A stretch of 64,000 bases of DNA from Chloroflexota bacterium (lineage in GTDB: Bacteria > Chloroflexota > UBA11872 > VXOZ01). The DNA lies in NCBI GenBank assembly GCA_965220045.1, contig OZ244803.1, positions 2,074,913 through 2,138,912 on the forward strand, given 5' to 3'. Under the pieces are notes generated by a model. It did no database searches, was not told where the DNA came from, and saw only the letters and a list, made by a program, of their open reading frames with translations. The stretch's first letter is position 1. The number at the start of each line of letters is the position of its first letter. Positions 9,591 through 18,577 of the stretch are shown in pieces. Both the position numbers and the translations under genes were made by a program.

Positions 9591-10748
9591 ATTCCCTTCT
9601 GCCGCGTGCGGTGTCCGTACTGCGATTTTAACACGTACGCCGGCATGCAGTCGCTCGTGCCGGCATACGTGGCAGCATTATGTCGCGTTATCGCTCGTGA
9701 GGGCGCAGACAGCGGCTTCCGGGCCGCGCGCACGGTGTATTTTGGCGGCGGCACCCCGTCGCTGCTGGAGCCGTCTCATGTAGGCCAAATCCTAGCAGCG
9801 GTCAATCGTGTATTGCCGCTTACGGCGGACTGCGAGATCACGCTTGAAACCAATCCGGTCACGGCCGACGCCGGGCGCTTCGCCGGATTTAGGGAAGCCG
9901 GGGTCAACCGCCTCTCGTTCGGCGTGCAGAGTTTGAACGACCGTCTGCTCAAGGTGCTGGGACGCGACCATGACGCCGCGCAGGCGAAGCGGGCCTTGCT
10001 CCTTGCACGGCAAGCTGCCTTCCAGAACGTCAGCCTCGATCTGATGTATGCCGTGCCCAATCAATCCCACGCCGATTGGGAGCACGACGTTGAGCAAGCC
10101 CTCGCGCTCGTGCCGGAGCACATGTCACTCTACTGCCTGACCGTGGAGCCCGCCACGCCCTATGCCCGCTGGGTAGCAAAAGGCCACATTCAGCTACCAC
10201 CCGACGATACCGCCGCTGACATGTACGCATTTGCGCGGGAGCGCTTGGCGGCTGCCGGCTATGCGCACTATGAAATCTCAAACTGGGCGCTGCCCGGCAA
10301 TGAGGGTGAACACAATTCGATTTACTGGCGTTACGAACCGTACCTGGGCCTGGGCGCAGGCGCGCACGGCTACGTGCGCGGCACGCGCACTGAGGAGATT
10401 CGCGCTCCGCGCATGTACATTGAGCGTGCGCTCAAGGGAGAATCGACCATCCAGCACCGAGAAGAAGTGTCGCAGAAAACTGCCATGGAAGAGACCGTCT
10501 TCCTCAATCTGAGGCTGCTGCAGCGAGGCATTGTGCGCCGGGAATTCGGCGATCGCTTTGGGGTCGATCCTGTTTCTCTGTTCGGAGGTGTGTTGGAGGA
10601 GTTAACCCACGCTGACCTGGTCTCCATCGACGAGAAGCGCATTCGCCTCACGTCAAACGGCTACTTCCTTGCCAACGAGGTCTGCGTCAGGCTCATGTCC
10701 GCGTTGGAGTCTGTGGAAACAGCGGCCGTGCCGGTTCAAACCCGCTGA
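9549..10748 (+). CDS. hemW: radical SAM heme chaperone / coproporphyrinogen-III-oxidase-like protein
   Basis: MGVEVKNALAVYLHIPFCRVRCPYCDF contains the CxxxCxxC cluster. YFGGGTPS is present, and length and C-terminus are HemN_C-like. ATG 9549 is chosen over the longer ORF from 9432. Confidence 0.85.
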   Translation: MGVEVKNALAVYLHIPFCRVRCPYCDFNTYAGMQSLVPAYVAALCRVIAREGADSGFRAARTVYFGGGTPSLLEPSHVGQILAAVNRVLPLTADCEITLETNPVTADAGRFAGFREAGVNRLSFGVQSLNDRLLKVLGRDHDAAQAKRALLLARQAAFQNVSLDLMYAVPNQSHADWEHDVEQALALVPEHMSLYCLTVEPATPYARWVAKGHIQLPPDDTAADMYAFARERLAAAGYAHYEISNWALPGNEGEHNSIYWRYEPYLGLGAGAHGYVRGTRTEEIRAPRMYIERALKGESTIQHREEVSQKTAMEETVFLNLRLLQRGIVRREFGDRFGVDPVSLFGGVLEELTHADLVSIDEKRIRLTSNGYFLANEVCVRLMSALESVETAAVPVQTR

Positions 10749-10846
10749 GCGTCTGCCATAGGACTGCAGATGCAGCCAGTTGATTCCTAGGTGGCGTTGC
10801 CCCAAAGACGTACTCTTGTGTCTCGGGCTCGCCAGGAAGGTGCCGT

Positions 10847-12130
10847 TCAGGAGGCGGAAGCCTGACTGGGACTACTCGGGGAGGGCGCGCTGCCTGTGGG
10901 CGGACTCACGGAGGCCTTTTTCTGCTCGTAACGCTGGACCACCAGCAAGCCGATCGTCGCAACGACCACTAGGACGATGGCGCCATGGACGAACCGGATC
11001 GCACCCGGCGGAAACGTGTCCCACAGTGCCGCGACGGCTACCGTGAATCCGATGGCTCCGAGGACGAGGTACGCGACGAGCATTCCGATTTGCGTCTTCT
11101 TGGTTCTCGCCTGGGCCATGAAGAACGCAATGATGGCGTACACGATTGCACAGTAAACCGCAGTCAAACCGGCCCGCAAGAAGTGCTCCCACATCTCAAT
11201 ACCGGACACATCCCTGGCACCCCACCATAGGGCATCGAGTATCTCCCCGGCGACCAGAGCGATGAGGACGTACACGACCCGACGCACCGCCTGGTAAATC
11301 CGGTGCGAGCCAATGGCGGCAAGTGACAAGTATCCGCCATACGTCCCACAAACGCCAACGCCGACCAGCGAGAACATCGCCCGCCGGAGCTCGTTGGGAC
11401 CGCCAGCGAAGTCCGTCCACACCTGCCCAATCATGATGGTCAATCCCACGCACAAGAAGGCCAACCATAGCATTGGCAAGAATGACAACGCCTGCCACAG
11501 GTCGCCTGTCCGATCGCGGTAGTTAAGGGTGAGATAGATGTTGGCAACCACACTGAGCATGATGCCAATGATGATCAACATGGTGAAGAACAGGTCTTCG
11601 AGATTCAAGAACGAGAGGTCGAACCGGAGCGAAATCAGTCCGAGAACGGCCCACGCGAGGATGCCTACGGCGGCAATCCAAATGCAGAGCGGGGTCACAA
11701 CTCCCATGAGCCCGCCGGACGAATCAATTTTCAGCAAGCGCGAGTATTTGCTCCAGTCCTTGTCTTGAGCCGATGCGCCATCCTGCCGGTGGGGTTGGGG
11801 GCCGCTCGCCTTTGCCGTATCGGCGCCTTCATCGCTTTGGGGCTGTTTGGCGGACTCTCGTGGCGCCACCGGAGAGCTCTCCGTGCACGGCTGCCTGGTG
11901 GCCTCGACTGCCGTCGCTGAACCAACATCCTCACGCGATGTCCTGCCGGTCTCGCCTGCCGTCACCTGGACATCTTCGCTGCGCGGTTGCTCGGCGGCCT
12001 CGCTGGCCGTCGGCGCTTCATCCTGCCGCGTTGGCGAGCCGCATTGTCCACAGAACTTGGCCCCTGCAATCAATTCACTGCCACAGTTTGTGCAAAACTT
12101 GCCAACACGTTCCATACGACTACCTTCCAT
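10847..12130 (-). CDS. zinc-ribbon domain polytopic membrane protein
   Basis: The N-terminal FCTNCGSELIAGAKFCGQCGSP has two CxxC pairs. An acidic, low-complexity linker follows, then about 8 predicted TM helices. Confidence 0.7.
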   Translation of the reverse strand: MEGSRMERVGKFCTNCGSELIAGAKFCGQCGSPTRQDEAPTASEAAEQPRSEDVQVTAGETGRTSREDVGSATAVEATRQPCTESSPVAPRESAKQPQSDEGADTAKASGPQPHRQDGASAQDKDWSKYSRLLKIDSSGGLMGVVTPLCIWIAAVGILAWAVLGLISLRFDLSFLNLEDLFFTMLIIIGIMLSVVANIYLTLNYRDRTGDLWQALSFLPMLWLAFLCVGLTIMIGQVWTDFAGGPNELRRAMFSLVGVGVCGTYGGYLSLAAIGSHRIYQAVRRVVYVLIALVAGEILDALWWGARDVSGIEMWEHFLRAGLTAVYCAIVYAIIAFFMAQARTKKTQIGMLVAYLVLGAIGFTVAVAALWDTFPPGAIRFVHGAIVLVVVATIGLLVVQRYEQKKASVSPPTGSAPSPSSPSQASAS

Positions 12131-12176
12131 TCCAGCTAACCGGCTCAGAGCCTCTATGCCATTTGCCTAAAATGGC

Positions 12177-12204
12177 TTGCAGTGCTGACATCCCGTAGTA
12201 TATA
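12177..12204 (+). promoter_or_regulatory. candidate sigma70-type promoter for the ankyrin gene
   Basis: TTGCAG (12177-12182), 16 nt, TATATA (12199-12204). Motif match only. Confidence 0.35.
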
Positions 12205-12368
12205 ACAAGCTGCGCGGCAGAGGGTGTGGCCGGCTATGTGCTACCCTCTTTGCGCGTTACTGCTTGTTCTTGGGAGCGCCTACCTGCCCGCAGGCCGGCG
12301 CAGTTAAGAGTGGCCCGCGTAACTGCTATTGGAGAACCGGGGCACCACGGAGATCGGAGGCAATTGCC

Positions 12369-13232
12369 ATGCTTCGCTACGTCTTGGGGTTCGTTTTCGC
12401 AGTTGCCATAGTCGCCGCCGGTGTCGTCGTGTTGGTCATCGTTTACGATGAGCAGGCTCCGGCGGCGCGTCCCGCGGATACTCAGGACGCTGCGAAACGC
12501 GATACGGAACCTGCAAGTTCAGCCTCCAGGCCGACGCCCTTACCGCCGCCAGCCCGCGATTCGCAGCCCTCGCCCCCATCGCCGACGCCTACCGTAGCGC
12601 CTCTGCCGACATTGCCGCCGGTGCCGGACCCTACGCCACTTGCTGCCGGTGATCCCGAGCTCTATGGGGCGATTTGGCGGGGCTCCGTCAGCGCGGAAGG
12701 GCTGCAGGCGCTCGTCAGCGAAGGCGGAGAGGTTAACGCCAGCAACGAACAAGGCGATCCGTATTTGTACACGGCGGTCTGGCGGGCCTCCCCCGAAAAG
12801 GTTCAAATTCTCGTGGACGCCGGCGCAGATGTAAACGCCCGCGACAGCGACAACGATCCCTTACTCTACACTGCCATTTGGCGGGATAGAGACGAGGCGC
12901 TGCGCATACTCGTAGCCGCCGGCGCGGATGTGAACGCGCGCGATAGCAATAACGAACCGCTGCTGCATGCGGCGATTTTCTGGGGTAAGTCCGAAGCACT
13001 GCAGATGCTCGTGGATGCCGGCGCCGATGTGAATGCGCGCGACAGCAACAACGACCCGCTGCTGTACGCAGCAATGCGCTGGCGCAATGTCGACGCACTA
13101 CGGATCCTCGTCGCTGCCGGGGCGGATGTGAATGCGAGGCTGGCCGATGGCCGGTCTCTCCTGGCAGCAGCGAGTCTGGAGAGCACACCGGAAGTGGTAG
13201 AGATTCTGATTGCTGCCGGGGCGGATGAATGA
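12369..13232 (+). CDS. membrane-anchored ankyrin-repeat protein
   Basis: MLRYVLGFVFAVAIVAAGVVVLVIV forms a TM anchor, followed by a Pro-rich linker. Five 33-aa repeats then follow, of the form GADVNARDS(D/N)N(D/E)PLL(Y/H)xA...AL(R/Q)(I/M)LV(A/D)A. Confidence 0.85.
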   Translation: MLRYVLGFVFAVAIVAAGVVVLVIVYDEQAPAARPADTQDAAKRDTEPASSASRPTPLPPPARDSQPSPPSPTPTVAPLPTLPPVPDPTPLAAGDPELYGAIWRGSVSAEGLQALVSEGGEVNASNEQGDPYLYTAVWRASPEKVQILVDAGADVNARDSDNDPLLYTAIWRDRDEALRILVAAGADVNARDSNNEPLLHAAIFWGKSEALQMLVDAGADVNARDSNNDPLLYAAMRWRNVDALRILVAAGADVNARLADGRSLLAAASLESTPEVVEILIAAGADE

Positions 13233-13695
13233 CAAGAACGAAGTGACACATTGCCGAGAACGCGTCTTGAAGAAAGCAAAGATCACTCGCAGGTGCTCTT
13301 CGAACGCTATAAAGGGCGCTGGCACGCGACAATGATGCCGCGCGACGTACGTACCTCACTGAAGGGGAGACTCTGAACAACATAGGTTGATCTCTCTCAG
13401 CGCCTGTTTTCTCCGCTCCGCGAAAGCCGCGGGCCGCACGGCTAACCGCTAAGATAGTGTCCTCAATTGGGCGCTTGCTCGCTCCAAATCCATGGGGTTC
13501 GACACTGGGCCGGCGAATGGAAAGCGGCACCCCAAAGGTACGCCCCGTAGGCGGTTGGCCTCCGGAGTTTGGCCTCCGACCGGCTCCGGCGTCCACCGTA
13601 ACGAGATTGTTCCCGTTCTGCCCGGTTGTTACTATGGCCTGCAGGAGAGTGCGCTGTATTTCCGTTCAACAAACTGGGAAGAGGTCATAGATTCC

Positions 13696-14061
13696 ATGCG
13701 CACTGTGTACAAAGGTGCTCTGCCCTTTGACTTTGACGGCCTCTCTATACGGAAACTCACGCCAGCCAGCCTGCAGACCGCCTCGATTGCTACAATTGAC
13801 GTGCCTGCCGGCGCGCGGCATCGCACGGCGCGCTCCAGCAGGAGCGATAAGCTCTATGTTTGCCTCGAAGGTCCAATCACATTCGTTGTCCAAGACCGGG
13901 AGATTACGCTGGGAGAACTGGACGTCCTCCACTTAGACGCCAAGTAGTGGTTCAGCTATTCCAACGAAAGTGGCAAGCCTGCTAGACTCCTGCTGGTGCA
14001 TGTTCCATCCTTTGATCTCGCGAGCGAAGAATTCTTGGAAGTGCAGGACGATAGCAGTTAG
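13696..14061 (+). pseudogene. cupin-domain gene interrupted by one in-frame TAG (13945-13947)
   Basis: ATG 13696 with a GGGAAGAGG RBS. The frame reads ...ITLGELDVLHLDAK-TAG-WFSYSNESGKPARLLLVHVPSFDLASEEF... to TAG 14059-14061. The two halves together give a normal 121-codon cupin. Confidence 0.6.
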
Positions 14062-14160
14062 TCACAGGTAAGAAACGGGAGGTGGGAAGAGAGCAAAGCC
14101 GCAGAAAAGAGCTTGAGAAAGAACGCAAATGTCTAAACAACCATCTGAAGGGAGCAACAA

Positions 14161-14547
14161 ATGGCAGTTTTCTTACATACCCGCGTGCGCGTGAGTGATC
14201 TTGACAACTCGATAAACTTCTATTGCGAACACCTCGGCTTTAGAGTGATCAGCCGGAGTGAGCGCTCACCTGACGGCAATCAAATCGCCCATCTCGAACT
14301 ACCCGGCAACCTGCACACCTTGGAGCTTACGTACTCCGACGACTACGACCTCAACGTGCCTGAAGATCTCATGCACTTTGCAATCGGCGTTCCCGATCTA
14401 ATCGCATTCTGTGCCGAGCTCGAGGGCAAAGGGATTGAGATCTGGCCCGACGGGTGGCGTGAGGTGTTCGCCGAGGGGAGAAAGATGGGGTTCATCGACG
14501 ATCCGGACGGGTACGAAATCGAGTTGCTCGAGCGGAAAGACGCTTGA
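14161..14547 (+). CDS. gloA: lactoylglutathione lyase / VOC-family glyoxalase I
   Basis: 128 aa. LHTRVRVSDLDNSINFYCEHLGF...LELTY...HFAIGV...DPDGYEIELLE is a typical GloA pattern. Confidence 0.8.
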   Translation: MAVFLHTRVRVSDLDNSINFYCEHLGFRVISRSERSPDGNQIAHLELPGNLHTLELTYSDDYDLNVPEDLMHFAIGVPDLIAFCAELEGKGIEIWPDGWREVFAEGRKMGFIDDPDGYEIELLERKDA

Positions 14548-14584
14548 AGCGGCGGATTGCCTGTGCCGACCAACACGCCGGTAC

Positions 14585-14605
14585 AAGCGCAGGGCGCGCT
14601 TTTTT
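14585..14605 (+). terminator. intrinsic terminator downstream of gloA
   Basis: aagcgc-agggc-gcgctt gives a 6-bp stem, followed by a T tract (tttt). Lies between convergent gloA and folK. Confidence 0.55.
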
Positions 14606-14629
14606 ACCCGTACCAATCTGACGCTAACG

Positions 14630-15151
14630 CTAGGTGAGTAATTCCGGCGCTGCTTCGGCATACCAATTCTGGTCGGCGAAGTGACGGGTCTCTTCCAGAC
14701 CGGTAGTTGTTGCCAGAATGCTCTCCATGGTAAGTCCCGAGACGGGATGTTCCAGGAGTGGCGCGATCTCGGTCAGAGGGCACAGGGTGAAGCCGCGTTC
14801 CGTTAGGCGTGGATGGGGGATCGTCAGCCTTGGGGAGGCAATCACGGCTTCACCATAGAATAGGATGTCTATATCTATGGTACGCGGCGCATCGGGAAAC
14901 GGCCGTTGCCGCCCGAGCGCCTTCTCCGTTGTCAACGCAAGGCGGAGTAGTTCCTCCGCACTCAACTCCGTATACCCTTCGAGCACGGCATTGAGAAACC
15001 AGGGTTGGTCTGCATATCCAACGGGCTCCGTTTCGTAGACCGAAGAGACCTGCGTAATGATGGTCTCGGTGTGCAGCCTCCCCGCGGCGTTGCGCAGATT
15101 GGCTAATCTGTCCCCGCGGTTGCTCCCTAGTCCCAGATAAACTACCGGCAT
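14630..15151 (-). CDS. folK: 2-amino-4-hydroxy-6-hydroxymethyldihydropteridine diphosphokinase
   Basis: MPVVYLGLGSNRGDR, ETEPVGYADQPWFLN, IDIDILFYG and IPHPRL motifs. ATG 15151 is preceded by GAGGAAG. The longer ORF to 15304 adds a non-homologous extension. Confidence 0.9.
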   Translation of the reverse strand: MPVVYLGLGSNRGDRLANLRNAAGRLHTETIITQVSSVYETEPVGYADQPWFLNAVLEGYTELSAEELLRLALTTEKALGRQRPFPDAPRTIDIDILFYGEAVIASPRLTIPHPRLTERGFTLCPLTEIAPLLEHPVSGLTMESILATTTGLEETRHFADQNWYAEAAPELLT

Positions 15152-15374
15152 TGTTGCTTCCTCTGCTAGCGCAGCACTGGCGCCAAGTTCTACGTCACCG
15201 AACGGCTTTAGCTCTCCGGCTTCCGCCGCCAATGGAGCCTGCACATCCCGTGTCGTTCCTGGATCTCTTTGTCGTCGGGCCTCGCGTAGTAATTTTGGCT
15301 CCAAGGGTCAGTTGGCCCGTACCTCATTGTGTTTCGATTTAGAAGTGACGCACACGTGAGCGGCTACGAATCGC

Positions 15375-16013
15375 TCACCCCTCCTGGAATGCAAAGCGCC
15401 GAGTGACCGTGTACTCCGCTCCCTGGGGCTTCAACGCACTCTTCATAAGCAGAACATCGGCAACCCGGAACGTAATCTCCGGCATTTCACGCTGTGCCAG
15501 CGCCCATTCATCGAGCTCTTCCTGCTCCCAGGGCGCAATACCGTCACGCACCCGGGCAAGAGTAATATGGGGCGAGAGCGACCGTCTCTCCCGTGCGAAC
15601 CCTTCCTGCTCCAACAGCCTCTCCGACCTGCCATGCAACCGCCGCAATTGCCCGTCGGCATCTTCCACGGTCGCCCAGACCATACTGGGCCTCCTGCCCC
15701 GGCGGACGACCTTCACGCCAGTAATTGCGAGGTCGAAAGGCCGCACTCTGGCGGACACGCGGTCCATTGCGGACACAATTGTCGCCTTCCGTTCTGCGGT
15801 CGTGTCGCCAAAGAACTTGAGCGTTATGTGGACGTTTGCCGTAGACACCCATCGCACTTTGTCGGCGCGTTCCGCTGTGGCCCGCACCCGCTCCTCCAGG
15901 CTACTGCGGACGCAGCTCGGTAAAGCAATGGCAAGAAAAAGACGCTCAGTTTCCACCTGGTTTGCTCGCTGCGTCAATGAGAAAAAGCCTAGCAGATGAC
16001 GTCTCTGCAACAA
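15375..16013 (-). CDS. thpR: RNA 2',3'-cyclic phosphodiesterase (2H family)
   Basis: RLFLAIALP plus two HxT motifs (HITLKF, HITLAR). Start is uncertain: TTG 16013 or GTG 15956. Confidence 0.8.
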   Translation of the reverse strand: MLQRRHLLGFFSLTQRANQVETERLFLAIALPSCVRSSLEERVRATAERADKVRWVSTANVHITLKFFGDTTAERKATIVSAMDRVSARVRPFDLAITGVKVVRRGRRPSMVWATVEDADGQLRRLHGRSERLLEQEGFARERRSLSPHITLARVRDGIAPWEQEELDEWALAQREMPEITFRVADVLLMKSALKPQGAEYTVTRRFAFQEG

Positions 16014-16119
16014 TAACGTTGGGTGCTTCCTTCAATCCGCGCGGCGTTAGTGTTGCCCGTGGAGCACTCAAGAATTGAGTTCAACCCTTGTTTCTGCGTC
16101 CAACACGCCTTCGCGACCC

Positions 16120-16149
16120 TTGTCACCAATTACATGTGAAAAGTATAAT
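16120..16149 (+). promoter_or_regulatory. near-consensus sigma70 promoter upstream of galU
   Basis: TTGTCA (16120-16125), 18 nt, TATAAT (16144-16149), about 200 nt upstream of the galU ATG. Confidence 0.45.
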
Positions 16150-16352
16150 CGCTGTGAAAACAGACCGTCTACTCAGAGGCCGGTTCGTTGGCGCATGGCC
16201 TCCATTGAGTGCGCCTTGCGGTGAGTCTACGTTCCCGATGAGACCCCGCAGAACGCAAGTTCACGGGCCGCCCTACAGAACAACAGTCGATTATTTTCTT
16301 TTTTGCCATAGATCTCAAATAGAAGCTGTACGCACTCTGCAAGGTCAGCCCC

Positions 16353-17237
16353 ATGAGCGTACGTAAAGGCGTCTTTCTCGTTGCCGGCTTGGGCACTCGC
16401 ACGCTTCCGGCTGCGAAGTCCATCCCCAAGGTCATGCTGCCGCTCGCGGACAAACCCGCGATCCACTACGTTGTGGAAGAGGCCGTGGCGGCAGGCATCG
16501 AGCAAGTGATCCTTGTCACGGCTACCGGCAATCAAGCGGTCGAGGACTACTTCGACACGGCCTATCGTCTCGAAGAGAGTCTCGCCGCGAGGGGGAAGCA
16601 CCAGGAGCTCGCGGAACTGCAGGCGCTCAAAGACATGGCCACCGTCATTGGCGTGCGGCAGCATGCGCCGCTGGGTACCGGCGACGCCGTGCGCACGGCA
16701 CGCAGCGTAGTCGGCGACGAGCCGTTCGCCGTGTTTCTACCCGATGACGTAATCGAAGGCGACCCGCCGGCCATCAGGCAACTCATCGACGTGCACGACA
16801 CCCACGGAGGGGAAGTTGTCGCCGTCATGCCCGTGCCTCACGCTCACGTCAACCGGTACGGCATCGTGGAAGGCTCACACGTCGCGGCAGGCGTACAGCG
16901 GCTGCACCGGCTCATTGAGAAGCCGTCCGCTGACGAAGCGCCATCCAATCTGGCCATCGTTGGCCGCTACGTCTTTACGCCGGCGATCTTCGATTACATC
17001 GATCGCATTCCGACCGGAACCGGCGGTGAAGTCCAAATCACTGATGCCATCAACATGCTCGCGCAAGATGGGCCCGTGCACTCCTGCGAGTTCACCGGCA
17101 AGCGCTACGACATGGGTGACAAGGTTGGGTACTTGACCGCATCCATCGACCTTGCACTGCAGCGGCCGGACCTGAGGCCCGGTCTGCTCGAGTACTTGCG
17201 CGGCCTCGATCTTGACCGCTCGGACTCCGCCACGTGA
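16353..17237 (+). CDS. galU: UTP--glucose-1-phosphate uridylyltransferase
   Basis: VFLVAGLGTRTLPAAKSIPKVMLPLADKPAIHYVVEEA and VEKP-like LIEKP motifs, 294 aa. Confidence 0.9.
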   Translation: MSVRKGVFLVAGLGTRTLPAAKSIPKVMLPLADKPAIHYVVEEAVAAGIEQVILVTATGNQAVEDYFDTAYRLEESLAARGKHQELAELQALKDMATVIGVRQHAPLGTGDAVRTARSVVGDEPFAVFLPDDVIEGDPPAIRQLIDVHDTHGGEVVAVMPVPHAHVNRYGIVEGSHVAAGVQRLHRLIEKPSADEAPSNLAIVGRYVFTPAIFDYIDRIPTGTGGEVQITDAINMLAQDGPVHSCEFTGKRYDMGDKVGYLTASIDLALQRPDLRPGLLEYLRGLDLDRSDSAT

Positions 17238-18331
17238 GCGCCGAGAAAGCGCCCGCTCGCCTGGTCGCGGAGCTATCCTCACGCCGCGATCCCGTGTATG
17301 CCTACCTGCAAGCGGCGCTTGGCCGCAACGCGTTGCGCTCTCTCCATCTGGGAGAAGCGGTCGCCCACTACGTGCAACAACCGGGCAAGGGTCTGCGGTC
17401 CAGCATGCTCATGATGAGTTGCGGTGCGACCGGCGGCGCCGAACGGGTTGCTGTCCCTGCCGCCGCCGCGGTAGAACTCTTTCACATCTGGACGCTGGTA
17501 CATGACGACATCATCGATCAGGACGACACGCGCCGCGGCAGGCCGACCGTGCACGCGAACTTTGCCGCGCGCGCTCAAGAGGACCTGGGCCTGACCGCTG
17601 GCGATGCCGCTCACTATGGGCTAACGCAAGCCCTGCTGGCGGGGGACATTCAGCAGGGGTGGTCCGCCGCTCTGCTTACGGAATCTGCCACTCAATTCGG
17701 CGTCGATGCCACGCTCGTGCTTCGCCTCATTGCGGAGCTCTTTGGCCCGGTGGAAGCGCACCTCGTTGACGGCGAGGCGCTTGACGTGCAGTTCAGCCTG
17801 CAAGCGCTCGAATCCGTCGCTGAAGCGGACATACTCGACATGATGCGCAAGAAGACTGGCGTTCTCTACGCATTCGCCGCCACGGCCGGCGCGTGCATCG
17901 GTCTGAATGCTTGGCTGCCCGACGATCCCGTTGTGAAGGCGCTTACCGACTTTGCGCGCAATTGCGGGCTGGCCTTCCAACTGCAAGATGACGTGCTCGG
18001 CATCACTGGAAACGCAGCAGCCACTGGCAAGCCCGTCGGCGCGGATATTCGGGAAGGTAAGCGCACGCTCATCGTGAAGGAAGCCCTGCGCAATGCTGCG
18101 CCCAAGCAACGCGGGACTCTGCTTGATACCCTCGGCAACCGCACGGCCCCAGATGAAGAGATAGCCACCGTAACGCGACTGTTACAGGACTTGGGGGGTG
18201 TAGCTTACGCTCAATCGCTCGCACGCACGTACATTGATCAGGCACACGACAACTTGACGCACGTGCAGCGCCAGCCCTATCGAGACCTCTTGCACGCAGT
18301 GGCGGACTTCGTCCTGGAACGTGACTCCTAA
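17234..18331 (+). CDS. polyprenyl (geranylgeranyl-type) diphosphate synthase
   Basis: LVHDDIIDQDDTRRG (first Asp-rich motif) and FQLQDDVLG (second). The GTG start overlaps the galU stop (GTGA). Confidence 0.85.
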   Translation: MSAEKAPARLVAELSSRRDPVYAYLQAALGRNALRSLHLGEAVAHYVQQPGKGLRSSMLMMSCGATGGAERVAVPAAAAVELFHIWTLVHDDIIDQDDTRRGRPTVHANFAARAQEDLGLTAGDAAHYGLTQALLAGDIQQGWSAALLTESATQFGVDATLVLRLIAELFGPVEAHLVDGEALDVQFSLQALESVAEADILDMMRKKTGVLYAFAATAGACIGLNAWLPDDPVVKALTDFARNCGLAFQLQDDVLGITGNAAATGKPVGADIREGKRTLIVKEALRNAAPKQRGTLLDTLGNRTAPDEEIATVTRLLQDLGGVAYAQSLARTYIDQAHDNLTHVQRQPYRDLLHAVADFVLERDS

Positions 18332-18577
18332 CCCATGCACCGTTTGCAATCAGCAGTGGGGTGGCGTACTCTAGCGCCAAGTGAGACAGGGGCTCCGAGC
18401 CTCTCGTACGGCCCTGCGCGGCGTTGCGGTAGATTTGGTTGAGAAACCAATCGTCGCTGCTAAAAACGTGCAGGAAGTACACATTCCAACGAGTCGGCAA
18501 ATGAAAACAGTGGTTCATGGGTCTTCGTGACGAGCATGGGCCGGCGAGGACGCTTTGCGACACAAGGAGGACATGGC

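Noticed and set aside
13485-13515. tRNA-like T-arm (ggggttcgacactggg)
   Set aside because: No complementary T-stem, acceptor stem or anticodon arm can be drawn around it. I found no convincing tRNA anywhere in the intergenic regions.
12733-13596. 287-aa minus-strand ORF
   Set aside because: Antisense to the ankyrin-repeat gene. Its internal repetitiveness merely mirrors the ankyrin repeats on the other strand.
13945-13947. Amber codon as a sign of recoding (pyrrolysine or an alternative genetic code)
   Set aside because: Every other gene in the window reads through cleanly with the standard code, and several terminate at TAG (for example the ADP-ribosylglycohydrolase at 22467). No pyl genes are seen. 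A simple nonsense mutation or sequencing error is more parsimonious.
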